A stretch of 64,000 bases of DNA from a virus (lineage: Duplodnaviria; Caudoviricetes): IMG/VR virus record IMGVR_UViG_3300008259_003073; one strand, given 5' to 3'. The notes beneath the pieces were generated by a model, which saw only the letters and a program-made list of their open reading frames with translations, had not been told where the DNA came from and ran no database searches. The position numbers and the translations under genes were made by a program. Below, piece by piece: positions 28,257 through 37,687 of the stretch (position 1 is the first letter of the stretch; each line of letters begins with the position of its first letter).

Positions 28257-29615
28257 TTATCCCATATTCTCAACATACTTTTTGTGTAATAATTTTTTCT
28301 CTAATCCCTCTCCGTTTTTACTATCTTTTGTAGAAGCCATTCCATCAATTGAAGTTGCAGCGTATACATCCATAACTCCATGAAAGGTATCAATCTTTGC
28401 AGGAAATGTCATTCCATCAGGTCCAAATCGATTCTTAACGATGTGAATACGACCTGTGTTTGATAACTTATCCTTTGTTTTTCTACTAACACTCATAATA
28501 AAATCAGCAGTTTGTACTTTCTTATACGAGTCACCAACCGAATCAGCCTGAATAACTTCGTGGTCAATAGCTGCTCTATTGGTTTGGGTTGCAGTCCATA
28601 CTGGTATTTGTGCTTCACCACTCAATCCTCTCAACTCTTCATAGATTCCACCCAATTCAGCATATAATCCATCTCTATTACCATTACCCGATTTCAATAA
28701 GTCCGCGTAATCGATGATAATCAATTTAGGATTAAACCCAACCTGTCTTACTTTTTCAATATGAGCAGCAATTGTTTTTGCTGATGCAAATTGAGGTGGA
28801 TAGTATTTGATACGAACTCTACCTGGAATCTGTTTGATTTTACGAATAATCTCATTCTTTCTTTCCTTATGCTCCGATGTTTGGATACCTGTAAGAATTG
28901 TTGTGTATCTCTGCCCTACATAACTTTCGGATAATTCCAAAGTATAATGTAACACATCAATTCCTCTTTCCAATGCGGAACACGCTATTTTAGATAAGAA
29001 CCAACTTTTACCAATACCCGATGGTGCCATAACTACTCCTAATTCTCCAGGTCCTAGTCCACCATCCATTAGTTCATCGATAACATCCCATCCAGTTGGA
29101 CTAGAATCTCTCTTAACATCCTCCATAATGGATTCAAAGTTTTCAATATAATCCAATCCTAAATCAGATTCTACACCAACTTTGGATGCCGCCATCATCG
29201 TATCTATAATCTTATCGTAGTTTCCTGCTTTGAGCAAATCTACCGATTTTAGAAGGGCATCTTTAACTTTCTGATTTTTAGCAAATGTAAGGTATTCTTT
29301 CTTTACATAAGGTAAATCTTCTGAACCAACCTGTAAATATACATTTTTAAGTTGGTCAACTACCGTTTGTTTTAAACCTTTATCATCTATAGTTCCTACT
29401 TTAATTTTGAACACTTCCATTGTAGGAACTGCTCTGTACTCATTAAAGTAATCTAGTAGAGAATTTATAATCCATTGATTTGCTTGCGATTCAAAGAATG
29501 TAGGTTTAGTAATTTCGTTTACCTGTTCAAGAAACTTGACATCTGTTATAAGAGAAGCAACAACTTTAGATTGATACGATTGTCCATACTTTACCAATGT
29601 ATCTACTGCTTCCAT
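28257..29615 (-). CDS. dnaB: Replicative DnaB-like helicase (gp41-like)
   Basis: APSGIGKS, YTLEL, IIIDYADL, TATQTNR, KNRFG. Confidence 0.93.
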   Translation of the reverse strand: MEAVDTLVKYGQSYQSKVVASLITDVKFLEQVNEITKPTFFESQANQWIINSLLDYFNEYRAVPTMEVFKIKVGTIDDKGLKQTVVDQLKNVYLQVGSEDLPYVKKEYLTFAKNQKVKDALLKSVDLLKAGNYDKIIDTMMAASKVGVESDLGLDYIENFESIMEDVKRDSSPTGWDVIDELMDGGLGPGELGVVMAPSGIGKSWFLSKIACSALERGIDVLHYTLELSESYVGQRYTTILTGIQTSEHKERKNEIIRKIKQIPGRVRIKYYPPQFASAKTIAAHIEKVRQVGFNPKLIIIDYADLLKSGNGNRDGLYAELGGIYEELRGLSGEAQIPVWTATQTNRAAIDHEVIQADSVGDSYKKVQTADFIMSVSRKTKDKLSNTGRIHIVKNRFGPDGMTFPAKIDTFHGVMDVYAATSIDGMASTKDSKNGEGLEKKLLHKKYVENMG

Positions 29616-29821
29616 TATTTTTTACGTTTCTTTCTTGCTAATTTTTTTTCTTCAATCGATAATTCGGCTACTTCCGCAACTACTTCGGTTTTGATTGGCT
29701 TTCTTAACGCTTTCCATTCTGATTTGGGTACGAACACCCAACCATATTGTAACACTTTTAAGTCTGCTTCTTCTTCTTTTACTCTGCGGATTTCTCCTTC
29801 TTTACTTTTGATACACTTCAT
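29615..29821 (-). CDS. Small hypothetical protein
   Basis: 68-aa ORF coupled to the helicase start. Confidence 0.55.
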   Translation of the reverse strand: MKCIKSKEGEIRRVKEEEADLKVLQYGWVFVPKSEWKALRKPIKTEVVAEVAELSIEEKKLARKKRKK

Positions 29822-29842
29822 CTGTTCCGTGTTTAATTTAAA

Positions 29843-30148
29843 TTATTTAACTACCATTAAAATTTCCGATTCTCTTAATAGGATATATTTGTTCCCACCA
29901 ATTTTAATTTCTTGTCCTTGATGGTATGGTGGGAGAATTACTTCATCACCTACTTCAACATTCATTGGAATCAATGTTCCACTTTGCGTATAAATGCCAG
30001 GTCCTGTTGATTCTACCTTTGCTCTTTTTACATCTTCACTTCTTACTGAATCGGGTATAATAATACCACCTGCAGTTTGTGAAACTTCTGGTGCTAATTC
30101 TGTTAGTAGAACTCTATCTCCTAACGGCTTTACTAATTTGTTTGTCAT
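29843..30148 (-). CDS. groES: Co-chaperonin GroES (cpn10)
   Basis: KPLGDRVL, TAGGIIIPD mobile loop, GPG, VEVGDEV, LRESEIL. Confidence 0.95.
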   Translation of the reverse strand: MTNKLVKPLGDRVLLTELAPEVSQTAGGIIIPDSVRSEDVKRAKVESTGPGIYTQSGTLIPMNVEVGDEVILPPYHQGQEIKIGGNKYILLRESEILMVVK

Positions 30149-30152
30149 TTTT

Positions 30153-31211
30153 TTAAAATTTTGCTATGTGAGAAAATGTGGATTGTAACCAGTCCGTAAC
30201 ATTTGGAAACGAATCCAATATACGGGCTTTCAATCCTACTTTTAGGAATTCTTGCTTACTGAACTTTGGTGGTGATTCTTCAAATCTATCTATAATTTTC
30301 ATTCGAAGATTACCACTAAATGTTGGTTCGGATAGTTGAAACAACTTACGATTTCTTTTTAATAATTCCAAGTTATTTTCAAACAATTCGTGTCCTTTTA
30401 CCTTTTTTGGTTGCGAGTTAATGTATTCTAACATAGAATCAGTAGTATGAACTTCCTCATCTGCTAATATTGGAAATGCTTTAAGAATAGTTTTCAATCC
30501 TAATCCTGAAATGCCCTCTACATTATCGGATTTATCACCATCAATTATTCTGAAATTGATAAAATTATGTGGGTGAATACCAAATTCCTCAATTACTTCG
30601 GGAATGTTGTAGATTTTCTTTTTAGATGGTGAATATACACTTACGTCTTTGTTGACTAATTGAATGAAATCCTTATCGGAACTCATTATTACAACCTTTT
30701 CGTTTTCTTTCTTTAATTGAGTAGCAATATATGCCATCACATCATCGGCTTCAATTCCATCGTAAATCATAATTGTAACAGGTAGAACCGAAAGTAATTC
30801 ACCTAATGCCGTCATTTGACGTTTCATAGATGCACCTTCTTCTTCAGGTGTCATTTCCATAGATGCAGCACGATTCAATCTCATTTTGATTTTATTCTTG
30901 CCTCTCTCTGATTTGTATCCGGAATATATTTCCTTTCTACTATTAGAGCCACCTTTACCGTCAAATACGATTACAACTCTTGTGGGGTTGATTGTTCGGA
31001 TGGCATAGCCGATACTTTTTAAAGTACCGACTATTCCTCCAATATGGTCACCATTTTCGTTAAGATTAGGTGCCGTTGACCAGGAACGAATGAAGGTATT
31101 AAGACCATCAATAACTAATGTTTTGGAGTTACGATGTAAATCTCCAAAATCATTATGTTCCCTATCTATTTGTTTTAGTATATCTAAATACTTTTTGTTA
31201 ATCTGACTCAT
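30153..31211 (-). CDS. 5'-3' exonuclease / flap endonuclease (T4 RNase H-like)
   Basis: IDGLN, VFDG, YKSER, EADD, SSDKD, DGDKSDNVEGISGLG; likely start MSQINK at 31211. Confidence 0.92.
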   Translation of the reverse strand: MSQINKKYLDILKQIDREHNDFGDLHRNSKTLVIDGLNTFIRSWSTAPNLNENGDHIGGIVGTLKSIGYAIRTINPTRVVIVFDGKGGSNSRKEIYSGYKSERGKNKIKMRLNRAASMEMTPEEEGASMKRQMTALGELLSVLPVTIMIYDGIEADDVMAYIATQLKKENEKVVIMSSDKDFIQLVNKDVSVYSPSKKKIYNIPEVIEEFGIHPHNFINFRIIDGDKSDNVEGISGLGLKTILKAFPILADEEVHTTDSMLEYINSQPKKVKGHELFENNLELLKRNRKLFQLSEPTFSGNLRMKIIDRFEESPPKFSKQEFLKVGLKARILDSFPNVTDWLQSTFSHIAKF

Positions 31212-32304
31212 TGGCTTCGTCCGTTGTAAGTTCAACTTCATCCGAATTGGAATTGTTTTTGTATAATAAAATTGTTGCTTCGCAAATTCTACGATAGATT
31301 TGGTCTTTTAGTTCTTCATCCTCTAATAATTTTGCAAAATCTTTAGATTGGAATTTGATTTCTTCACCACTTTCAATATCGACGTATGAATACCAAGCTC
31401 CACCTTGCTTTAATAATTTAGCATCTTTCATAACTGCTAACCATCCTCCGTAGTTATCAATACCTCTATCAAAGAAAATATCAAAATCTGCGTGTCTTAA
31501 TGGTGGTCCCATTCTGTTTTTGATAACCTGACAACGAACCTTAATACCTACGATTCTATCCCCTGCTTTCAATTGCCCCATATTCTTCAAACGAACTCTA
31601 ACAGATGCGTGAAATGCCAATGCCTTACCACCCGATGTTGTCCACGGGTCACCGAACATTGCGTTCATCTTCTGTCTCAATTGATTTGTGAATATAAGTG
31701 CAATAGATTGTCTACCAATCATATTGGTAATCTTTCTCATTGCTTTGGAAATGATAATTGCCTTATCAGTTGCGTAACCATCCTTACCATAATCGGCTTC
31801 TAACTCCTTATGTGTAGATGCTGCTGCTACTGAATCCACAACGATAGTTACTAATCTATCTTTATCACCTTTACGAACTTGCTCAATAATTGTTTCACAT
31901 GCTTCGAAAATACCTTCAACGGTATCAACTGAAACATATAGGAGTTTTGAAACATCTACTCCAATTGCTTCTAAAAATTCTCTACTAACTGCGGTTTCCG
32001 TATCAATCAATACTGCTACTCCACCTTTCTTTTGGGTTTCGGCAAGAAGATGGGCAGAGAGCAGAGATTTTCCACTCTGCTCTAAACCCGTAATCTCCGT
32101 AATACGTCCAACTGGCAATCCACCATAAGGTCGGTTTGAGATTGCTACATCTAACATTGCGTTTCCGGTAGATACCCAATCCTTTACATTGGTAGGGGCA
32201 TCTCCACCCTCATCAGTTAGAAAGTAAGCAATCTTACCATCCTTATTTTGTTTGTTTAGAGAATCGGCAAGTAAACTTGCTAAATCTTCTTCTCTTTTTG
32301 CCAT
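31198..32304 (-). CDS. recA: RecA/UvsX recombinase
   Basis: GLEQSGKS, IDTE, DSVAA, IFTNQLR, TSGGKALAFHASVR, KNRMGPP. Confidence 0.95.
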   Translation of the reverse strand: MAKREEDLASLLADSLNKQNKDGKIAYFLTDEGGDAPTNVKDWVSTGNAMLDVAISNRPYGGLPVGRITEITGLEQSGKSLLSAHLLAETQKKGGVAVLIDTETAVSREFLEAIGVDVSKLLYVSVDTVEGIFEACETIIEQVRKGDKDRLVTIVVDSVAAASTHKELEADYGKDGYATDKAIIISKAMRKITNMIGRQSIALIFTNQLRQKMNAMFGDPWTTSGGKALAFHASVRVRLKNMGQLKAGDRIVGIKVRCQVIKNRMGPPLRHADFDIFFDRGIDNYGGWLAVMKDAKLLKQGGAWYSYVDIESGEEIKFQSKDFAKLLEDEELKDQIYRRICEATILLYKNNSNSDEVELTTDEANESD

Positions 32305-32315
32305 TATAATTTTTT

Positions 32316-33173
32316 TTAATTGTTAAATAAATCATCGAATGCCGATGCTACATCTTCTTTAAGAGGAGATGCTTTTTGTGCAGTCTTTGGAGTTTCATCT
32401 TCCCACGGAAGTTCACCAATATCTTGCGAACCACCCATATCGGTAGATACGGTTGATTGTTTAGGTTGAGGTTTTGCCGCTGCTAATTCCTCATTGATTG
32501 GGTTTCCACTACCATTAGCTGGAGCAGATGGGTTTAACCAATTTTCCAATACACCCTTCAATTCATCATAAGATAATTCAGAATACAATTCCGTAATTTC
32601 TTTCTGTGCGTTCAACAATTCGGTTACTGCATCTGCATCTGGTAAGATTTTAGATGTTGCAGGTTTAACTCTGATTGTAGTTGTTGGGTATGCTGCATTT
32701 GATTCTTCTGCAGATACTACTTCCAATACAATATCACGACCTGTATGTGGGTCTGTAATATCACCATAATCAGGGTCTGCAATATATCCTAAAATATCCT
32801 GATATACGGTCTTACCGAATCCCCAAAATTTAACACCTTCACTCTCCTTACCTCTTACGATTACAGGTGCGAATGTTCTTAATTTTGGTTCCATCTTCTT
32901 ACCTGCTTTCCAATCATCAGTGTCACCAGTTCGTTTAAGTTTTTCTGCAAACTCTACGATTGGGTCAGGTCTACCAAATGAGATAGGACTCAAATAAGTT
33001 TTGTTGTTAATGTTGTAGTGAAAATACAATTCGATAAAAGGATTATCCTTATTGAATTTGTAAGGTACTAAACGGATTTGAGATTTTCCGTTTGCCGGTT
33101 TCCAAATTGAGTCCGACTTCTTTGTGTTGTTTTGAAGAGAGCTAAATCTCTTGAGTGCTAATGAAATGTCCAT
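32316..33173 (-). CDS. Single-stranded DNA-binding protein (gp32-like)
   Basis: WKP...IRLVP, FHYNI, FWGFGKTVY, TGRDI; acidic C-terminus DDLFNN; adjacent to recA. Confidence 0.85.
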   Translation of the reverse strand: MDISLALKRFSSLQNNTKKSDSIWKPANGKSQIRLVPYKFNKDNPFIELYFHYNINNKTYLSPISFGRPDPIVEFAEKLKRTGDTDDWKAGKKMEPKLRTFAPVIVRGKESEGVKFWGFGKTVYQDILGYIADPDYGDITDPHTGRDIVLEVVSAEESNAAYPTTTIRVKPATSKILPDADAVTELLNAQKEITELYSELSYDELKGVLENWLNPSAPANGSGNPINEELAAAKPQPKQSTVSTDMGGSQDIGELPWEDETPKTAQKASPLKEDVASAFDDLFNN

Positions 33174-33272
33174 TGCTTTTTTAAGTTTTAAGTGTTAATA
33201 AATTGTTTTAAGTTTGAAGGTTTTATCGCGATTCCCTTATATCTAAATATAACCTTTTTACTTTTGTTGTAA

Positions 33273-33304
33273 CAAATATACAATATTTTTGTTACATTTC
33301 CAAG
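33273..33304 (-). promoter_or_regulatory. Putative Bacteroidota-type promoter
   Basis: CTTG-N20-TATATTTG upstream of the SSB gene. Confidence 0.65.
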
Positions 33305-33306
33305 TA

Positions 33307-33663
33307 TTATTTTGCCCACTTTCCTCTACTCACTAATTGAGAAATTACGGAGTAAACTGCTAGGTCTTGATAGGTATCTTCGATGGTTTCACCCACTTCA
33401 TCAGGGTGTCCTAATACTACCAATTGTTTTAATCTGTTGATTTTATCATTCTTTCTGAACCATAGACCACTCAATGATAATTTAATATCTTCTTTAGTTT
33501 TAAGTTGTGTACCTACTGAAATATTTCCAGGTCCATAGTTTCTTTGCTTTTTACAAAAAGTAGCATACATTTCATCCAAAATGTTTTTGAATTCAAAAGT
33601 CATTTCTGGATAATTTTCTTCACAATACTCAATTGCGGATTGTTCTTTTTTGGTGTTTAACAT
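33307..33663 (-). CDS. DUF1599 / nucleotide-modification-associated domain 1 (MazG-like fold)
   Basis: KKQRNYG, RKNDKINRL, EDTYQDLAVY. Confidence 0.75.
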   Translation of the reverse strand: MLNTKKEQSAIEYCEENYPEMTFEFKNILDEMYATFCKKQRNYGPGNISVGTQLKTKEDIKLSLSGLWFRKNDKINRLKQLVVLGHPDEVGETIEDTYQDLAVYSVISQLVSRGKWAK

Positions 33664-33983
33664 AACTTATTTTTTAGTAACTTTTTATTTATTTTATTTT
33701 TTAATTTAACTCCTAAAGCACACATTTCATACTCCTCATATTCTACGAGGGTTTCTATGTTTTCATCCAATAAATTTAAAAATTCTTTACTCTCAATTGC
33801 AAGCATAATAACAATCGAATGTTTGATTATTACATGCGCAAAATCAACGCGTGATTTATCGTTTCGAATTCCGAAAGAAATCGAGTCAATAATTGCTTTA
33901 GATATTTCCATTCTATGAGTTTGGAAAATATCTACAGGGTCTTCAACATAAATTTGGATAGGTTTAAATCTATTTTTTTTCAT
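33657..33983 (-). CDS. Hypothetical protein
   Basis: 108-aa ORF; C-terminal YEEYEMC resembles a UVR-like helix. Confidence 0.6.
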   Translation of the reverse strand: MKKNRFKPIQIYVEDPVDIFQTHRMEISKAIIDSISFGIRNDKSRVDFAHVIIKHSIVIMLAIESKEFLNLLDENIETLVEYEEYEMCALGVKLKNKINKKLLKNKLC

Positions 33984-33987
33984 ACTA

Positions 33988-34019
33988 TGAATATATGAAA
34001 AAAAAATCAGAATTACAAC
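33988..34019 (-). promoter_or_regulatory. Putative Bacteroidota-type promoter (variant)
   Basis: GTTG-N20-TATATTCA upstream of the 33983 start. Confidence 0.4.
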
Positions 34020-34414
34020 TCATCTGTGTTAAAACTTTTAAAAACTTTTGTAGGGATTTTTTTGTATCCAATCGAAGATGTTGTAATGATGCAATTTTTA
34101 AATTCATCCCAATCAATCATATAAGAATTATCCAGTATTCCACCTGTCTTTGATTTAACTACTTCGTTGAGTGCATTGATGGTGTATATTGTATTTGATT
34201 GTTTTTTTCTATGAACTAAAATCGTTTTCCATTCGGAATCTATTGCAGAAGAACCTTTCTCTACATTAAACGTAATGTATAGTTCTCCCTCATTTATTTT
34301 ATTTTCTAGTACAAATACGTTTGGATTTGTAAGTATATACTGATTTAGAACGAATTCTACCGATTTATTTAACTCTCCCTTTGTGGTAAAAAGGCATAAT
34401 AACTGTGTATTCAT
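34013..34414 (-). CDS. Hypothetical phage protein
   Basis: 133-aa ORF, HRKKQSNTIYTINALN; preceded by ATATTTAT motif. Confidence 0.7.
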   Translation of the reverse strand: MNTQLLCLFTTKGELNKSVEFVLNQYILTNPNVFVLENKINEGELYITFNVEKGSSAIDSEWKTILVHRKKQSNTIYTINALNEVVKSKTGGILDNSYMIDWDEFKNCIITTSSIGYKKIPTKVFKSFNTDEL

Positions 34415-34440
34415 CTATTTTTGGTTTATTAACTTTACCG

Positions 34441-34448
34441 ATAAATAT
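34441..34448 (-). promoter_or_regulatory. Late-type motif ATATTTAT (partial)
   Basis: 26 nt upstream of the 34414 start. Confidence 0.4.
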
Positions 34449-34473
34449 AAAATTTCAAACCAAAAGTGATTTA

Positions 34474-36345
34474 TTAAGGATAAACCTGTCTATTAGCCTT
34501 TATAATTTCTTTAGCAAACTCGTCATTTACCACCATTTCAAACTTAAATTGCCCTCCATAATTTCTACCATCTTCTCTAATATCTATGTTTGCAATAGGT
34601 ATAACTCTACCTCCAACTTTAACTTTAAATGCAATAAATGGTGGTGGTCCAGGTTCTGAAATTAATCCTTGTTTAAATTCTTCAAAATCACTTGTACCAA
34701 ATATAACTTCCATTGTACTCTTATCCAACATATATTCCCCTAATGCAATACTTTCTTCACCATCTGCAACAGATTTTAGTGGAAATTCCGTTTTAACCTC
34801 ATTTAACATACCATCTCTCAATCTCTCATTGGTTGTAATTGCCTTTACCGCCTCTGCAACATAATTAGCATGGTCCGCATCCATTTCATTGATAAAATCA
34901 GTAGCTACTTTAGATGATTCTCCTTCTCCTTTTCTTTGTAAAGCCCGTATCCCTTCAAATAAAACTTTATTCTTTTCTCTACTACCTTTTCCTTTAAGAG
35001 TATCAGCCAGTGCAGTATCGAAATCAATACCTTTTTCTTCCATTGCCTTTTTAAAATCTTCATCTTCTTCGGCAAGTTGTCTAATAGCATCTGCGTTTTC
35101 TTCGCAGAATTTTGCCAGTTTCGCCCTTTCATTTTTTGCAAACATTTGAGGGTTGATATTATCAGGAACATCATCTTTCCCCAGCCATTCAAAAAACTTA
35201 CCTGTTCCAGAATTAAGTAAGTTAACTTTTAGATTTTGTTTTAGAGATATTTCTTCCAAAAGTGGTTCTCCGTTTTCATTCTCAAGTCGTATATAAATGT
35301 CAGTTGAAAATCCTTTATCACCATAACTACCTAATCCAAGTGATTCAACATCAGATTTGGTATCCCAAGATGCTGCGGTGATTTTATGACCTGGATATTG
35401 TTTTTCTACTTTTTTAAGTATTGCTTTTCTGTTGTTTGTAGCAGCCTTTAACCAAGTTTGATTTACAATTCGGGTACCATCTTTTTTCAATTCTGGATTC
35501 TGTGATGTTAATGCTTTTATATGTTCCGATACTGCTGATTGCATTTCATTCCACTCATCATCACTCATCGTACACGCCATCATCGTCATCAACTCACCAG
35601 CTTGAGCTGGCAGTTTACCAGCTCCACCTGGAAAATTTGAAAAGTGAGAAATCTTTTTTGCTGCTCCGACATGTTGTGTATTCATCATTCTCTCAAACAA
35701 TTTCAAATATTTTTTAGGAAATTTTGGATTGTTAGCAATACTTTCTGGTATTTTAAATGGTGGTGGTGGAATCGGATTTGCAAACTTTTTATTTTTTTCA
35801 GCAAATTCTTCATCATTTGGGTCTAAATCTTTTTCAAATTCTTCAGTTTCCAATGGATTTTCCGAACTTAAAGTTTTATCCTTTCCGTTTACAATTCGTT
35901 TTTTAGGTTCTGTTTCGGTTGGTTCTGTGGATGGCTCATCAAATACACTTGCACCGCCACCAGTACCGAATACGTTTGTACCTTTAACTGGCTCTTCTTC
36001 ATCGGAAGATGGAAGTTTGCCACCACTTTTTTCTTTTGCCTGTTTTATTTCGGCAGGTGTTGGTTTATCGTGTTTGTCTGGGTCCATCTTCTGAACTGTG
36101 TAGATATTACCAGATTTTTTACTCTTTACAATATCTTCTTCTTTAAGAACACGTTTTGGTTTTGGAGTATTTTCTAGGATGTATTTGAATACAACGGATG
36201 CTCTATCCACCAATTGTTGTGCAGATGGAATATCTCTTTCTCTTAAAAGTTTTACCAATAATTGTTTATGTGATTCTTTTGTTAAATCAGGAATCCCTAC
36301 GTGAAATTTTAATTCGTCTAGTATTTCATCAAAATCTGGATACAT
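34474..36345 (-). CDS. Large hypothetical protein with PD-(D/E)XK-like motif
   Basis: 623 aa; charged linker then STDIY...EEISLK. Confidence 0.65.
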   Translation of the reverse strand: MYPDFDEILDELKFHVGIPDLTKESHKQLLVKLLRERDIPSAQQLVDRASVVFKYILENTPKPKRVLKEEDIVKSKKSGNIYTVQKMDPDKHDKPTPAEIKQAKEKSGGKLPSSDEEEPVKGTNVFGTGGGASVFDEPSTEPTETEPKKRIVNGKDKTLSSENPLETEEFEKDLDPNDEEFAEKNKKFANPIPPPPFKIPESIANNPKFPKKYLKLFERMMNTQHVGAAKKISHFSNFPGGAGKLPAQAGELMTMMACTMSDDEWNEMQSAVSEHIKALTSQNPELKKDGTRIVNQTWLKAATNNRKAILKKVEKQYPGHKITAASWDTKSDVESLGLGSYGDKGFSTDIYIRLENENGEPLLEEISLKQNLKVNLLNSGTGKFFEWLGKDDVPDNINPQMFAKNERAKLAKFCEENADAIRQLAEEDEDFKKAMEEKGIDFDTALADTLKGKGSREKNKVLFEGIRALQRKGEGESSKVATDFINEMDADHANYVAEAVKAITTNERLRDGMLNEVKTEFPLKSVADGEESIALGEYMLDKSTMEVIFGTSDFEEFKQGLISEPGPPPFIAFKVKVGGRVIPIANIDIREDGRNYGGQFKFEMVVNDEFAKEIIKANRQVYP

Positions 36346-36370
36346 ATTTTATCTGTGTTTCTGTATATCT

Positions 36371-36379
36371 TATAAATAT
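36371..36379 (-). promoter_or_regulatory. Late-type motif ATATTTATA
   Basis: Exact 9-mer ~25 nt upstream of the 36345 start. Confidence 0.5.
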
Positions 36380-36384
36380 ATAAT

Positions 36385-37649
36385 TTATCCTAAATGAACC
36401 AAATTATTGTAACTGGTTCCTTCATCAATTCGAACGGGAAACCCACCCTTTTCCATAATGGTCGGTAAAAGTTTTAAAATCCCCTCCCTCTCCATCGGAT
36501 GTGTATCTATGAGAAACGCATCATAGGTGTATAGAATCAATTTCGATTTCATCTCACTCATTTGGTTTAGGATATCACTCATCTTTTTATAATTCACTTC
36601 CGTTTCTAGAGCTTGTAAGAGATAATTAAATACCTTTTGTTCAGTCCCTCCTTCTATTTTAGTGAAATGAATTTCCCTTCCGTATAGGGGTGTTTTCAGA
36701 ACTCCGGAGATTACGAACTTTTGGTAAACCTCTTTGATGTATTTATCAACGGTTTGAAAAAACGGTATCTCCCTTGCGAACGAATCCAACCCCCCATAGA
36801 GATACTTAAAGGTTAGAGCTTTGGCCGTTTCGTAATCCGTTCCATAAAGATTGGCAAGGTGTTGGTGAGCAGTTTCTCCTTTTGGAAATTCATACCCTAC
36901 GATTTTCGCAATCAAACGGATGTGGTAAGACTCGTAATCGAATTGTAAGAGAGTACCCCCATCAAAACGGCTAACAAAACAATCTCTACTACCATCGGAT
37001 TTGTTAAGAGCGGAGTAATTTACATTAAGGTGTCTATTGGATGGTCTACCTGTAGTTGTGTATGGATTGTATTTCGTATACACTTTACCATTATGTATGT
37101 GCTTGGGAGAGAAACTAAATCTATCAATAAATTTTTCCTCTTCGACTTGTACCCCAGCCCCTCCAGCCTCCCTAACTCTTTTATGGAATCTGAATAAATA
37201 CGATACCAACTCTTTCTGTTTTTTATATCAGGGATTGATTTTAAGAGTTCGTACCACTTCATTAGCGGGATACAATCATTCAACTCATTATAATCGGACC
37301 TATACCCCTTAAAAAGAGTTTCTACCCATTCAGAGAAATTAAATGGTTTACCATATTCTTCGAAGTAGACCCATTCATAATCTAACCCTTCTGATTGAAT
37401 GTATCGGTTTCCCAAAACCAATGTATTTTCATTACAAAGTTTATGTATTGGAAAATTTGGTAAGGTTGAAGCATCAACATGATTGAAATTTATTATACCA
37501 TCATCGGTTTCAGTTCTGTAATACAGAAACGATAGATGCGTACCAAATTCATGTGCTTTGGGTGAACTCCACACTGGTATCAATAATCTAATGTTTGGAT
37601 TAGATTGGACAAAAAAATGTAGGGTATCCCTATTTTCTATTAAGTTCAT
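36385..37649 (-). pseudogene. Small family A DNA polymerase-like gene split by a 1-nt frameshift (pseudogene, recoding site or sequence error)
   Basis: ORF 37020..37649 (N-part) overlaps ORF 36385..37209 (C-part: TGRPS, FDYESYHIR, KALTFKYLYG, NYLLQALE, YDA); joined length would be 421 aa. Confidence 0.75.
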
Positions 37650-37655
37650 ACCCTA

Positions 37656-37687
37656 CAAATATATAAAATTTATTTCAATAATCCAAG
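37656..37687 (-). promoter_or_regulatory. Putative Bacteroidota-type promoter
   Basis: CTTG-N20-TATATTTG directly upstream of the PolA-like start. Confidence 0.65.
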
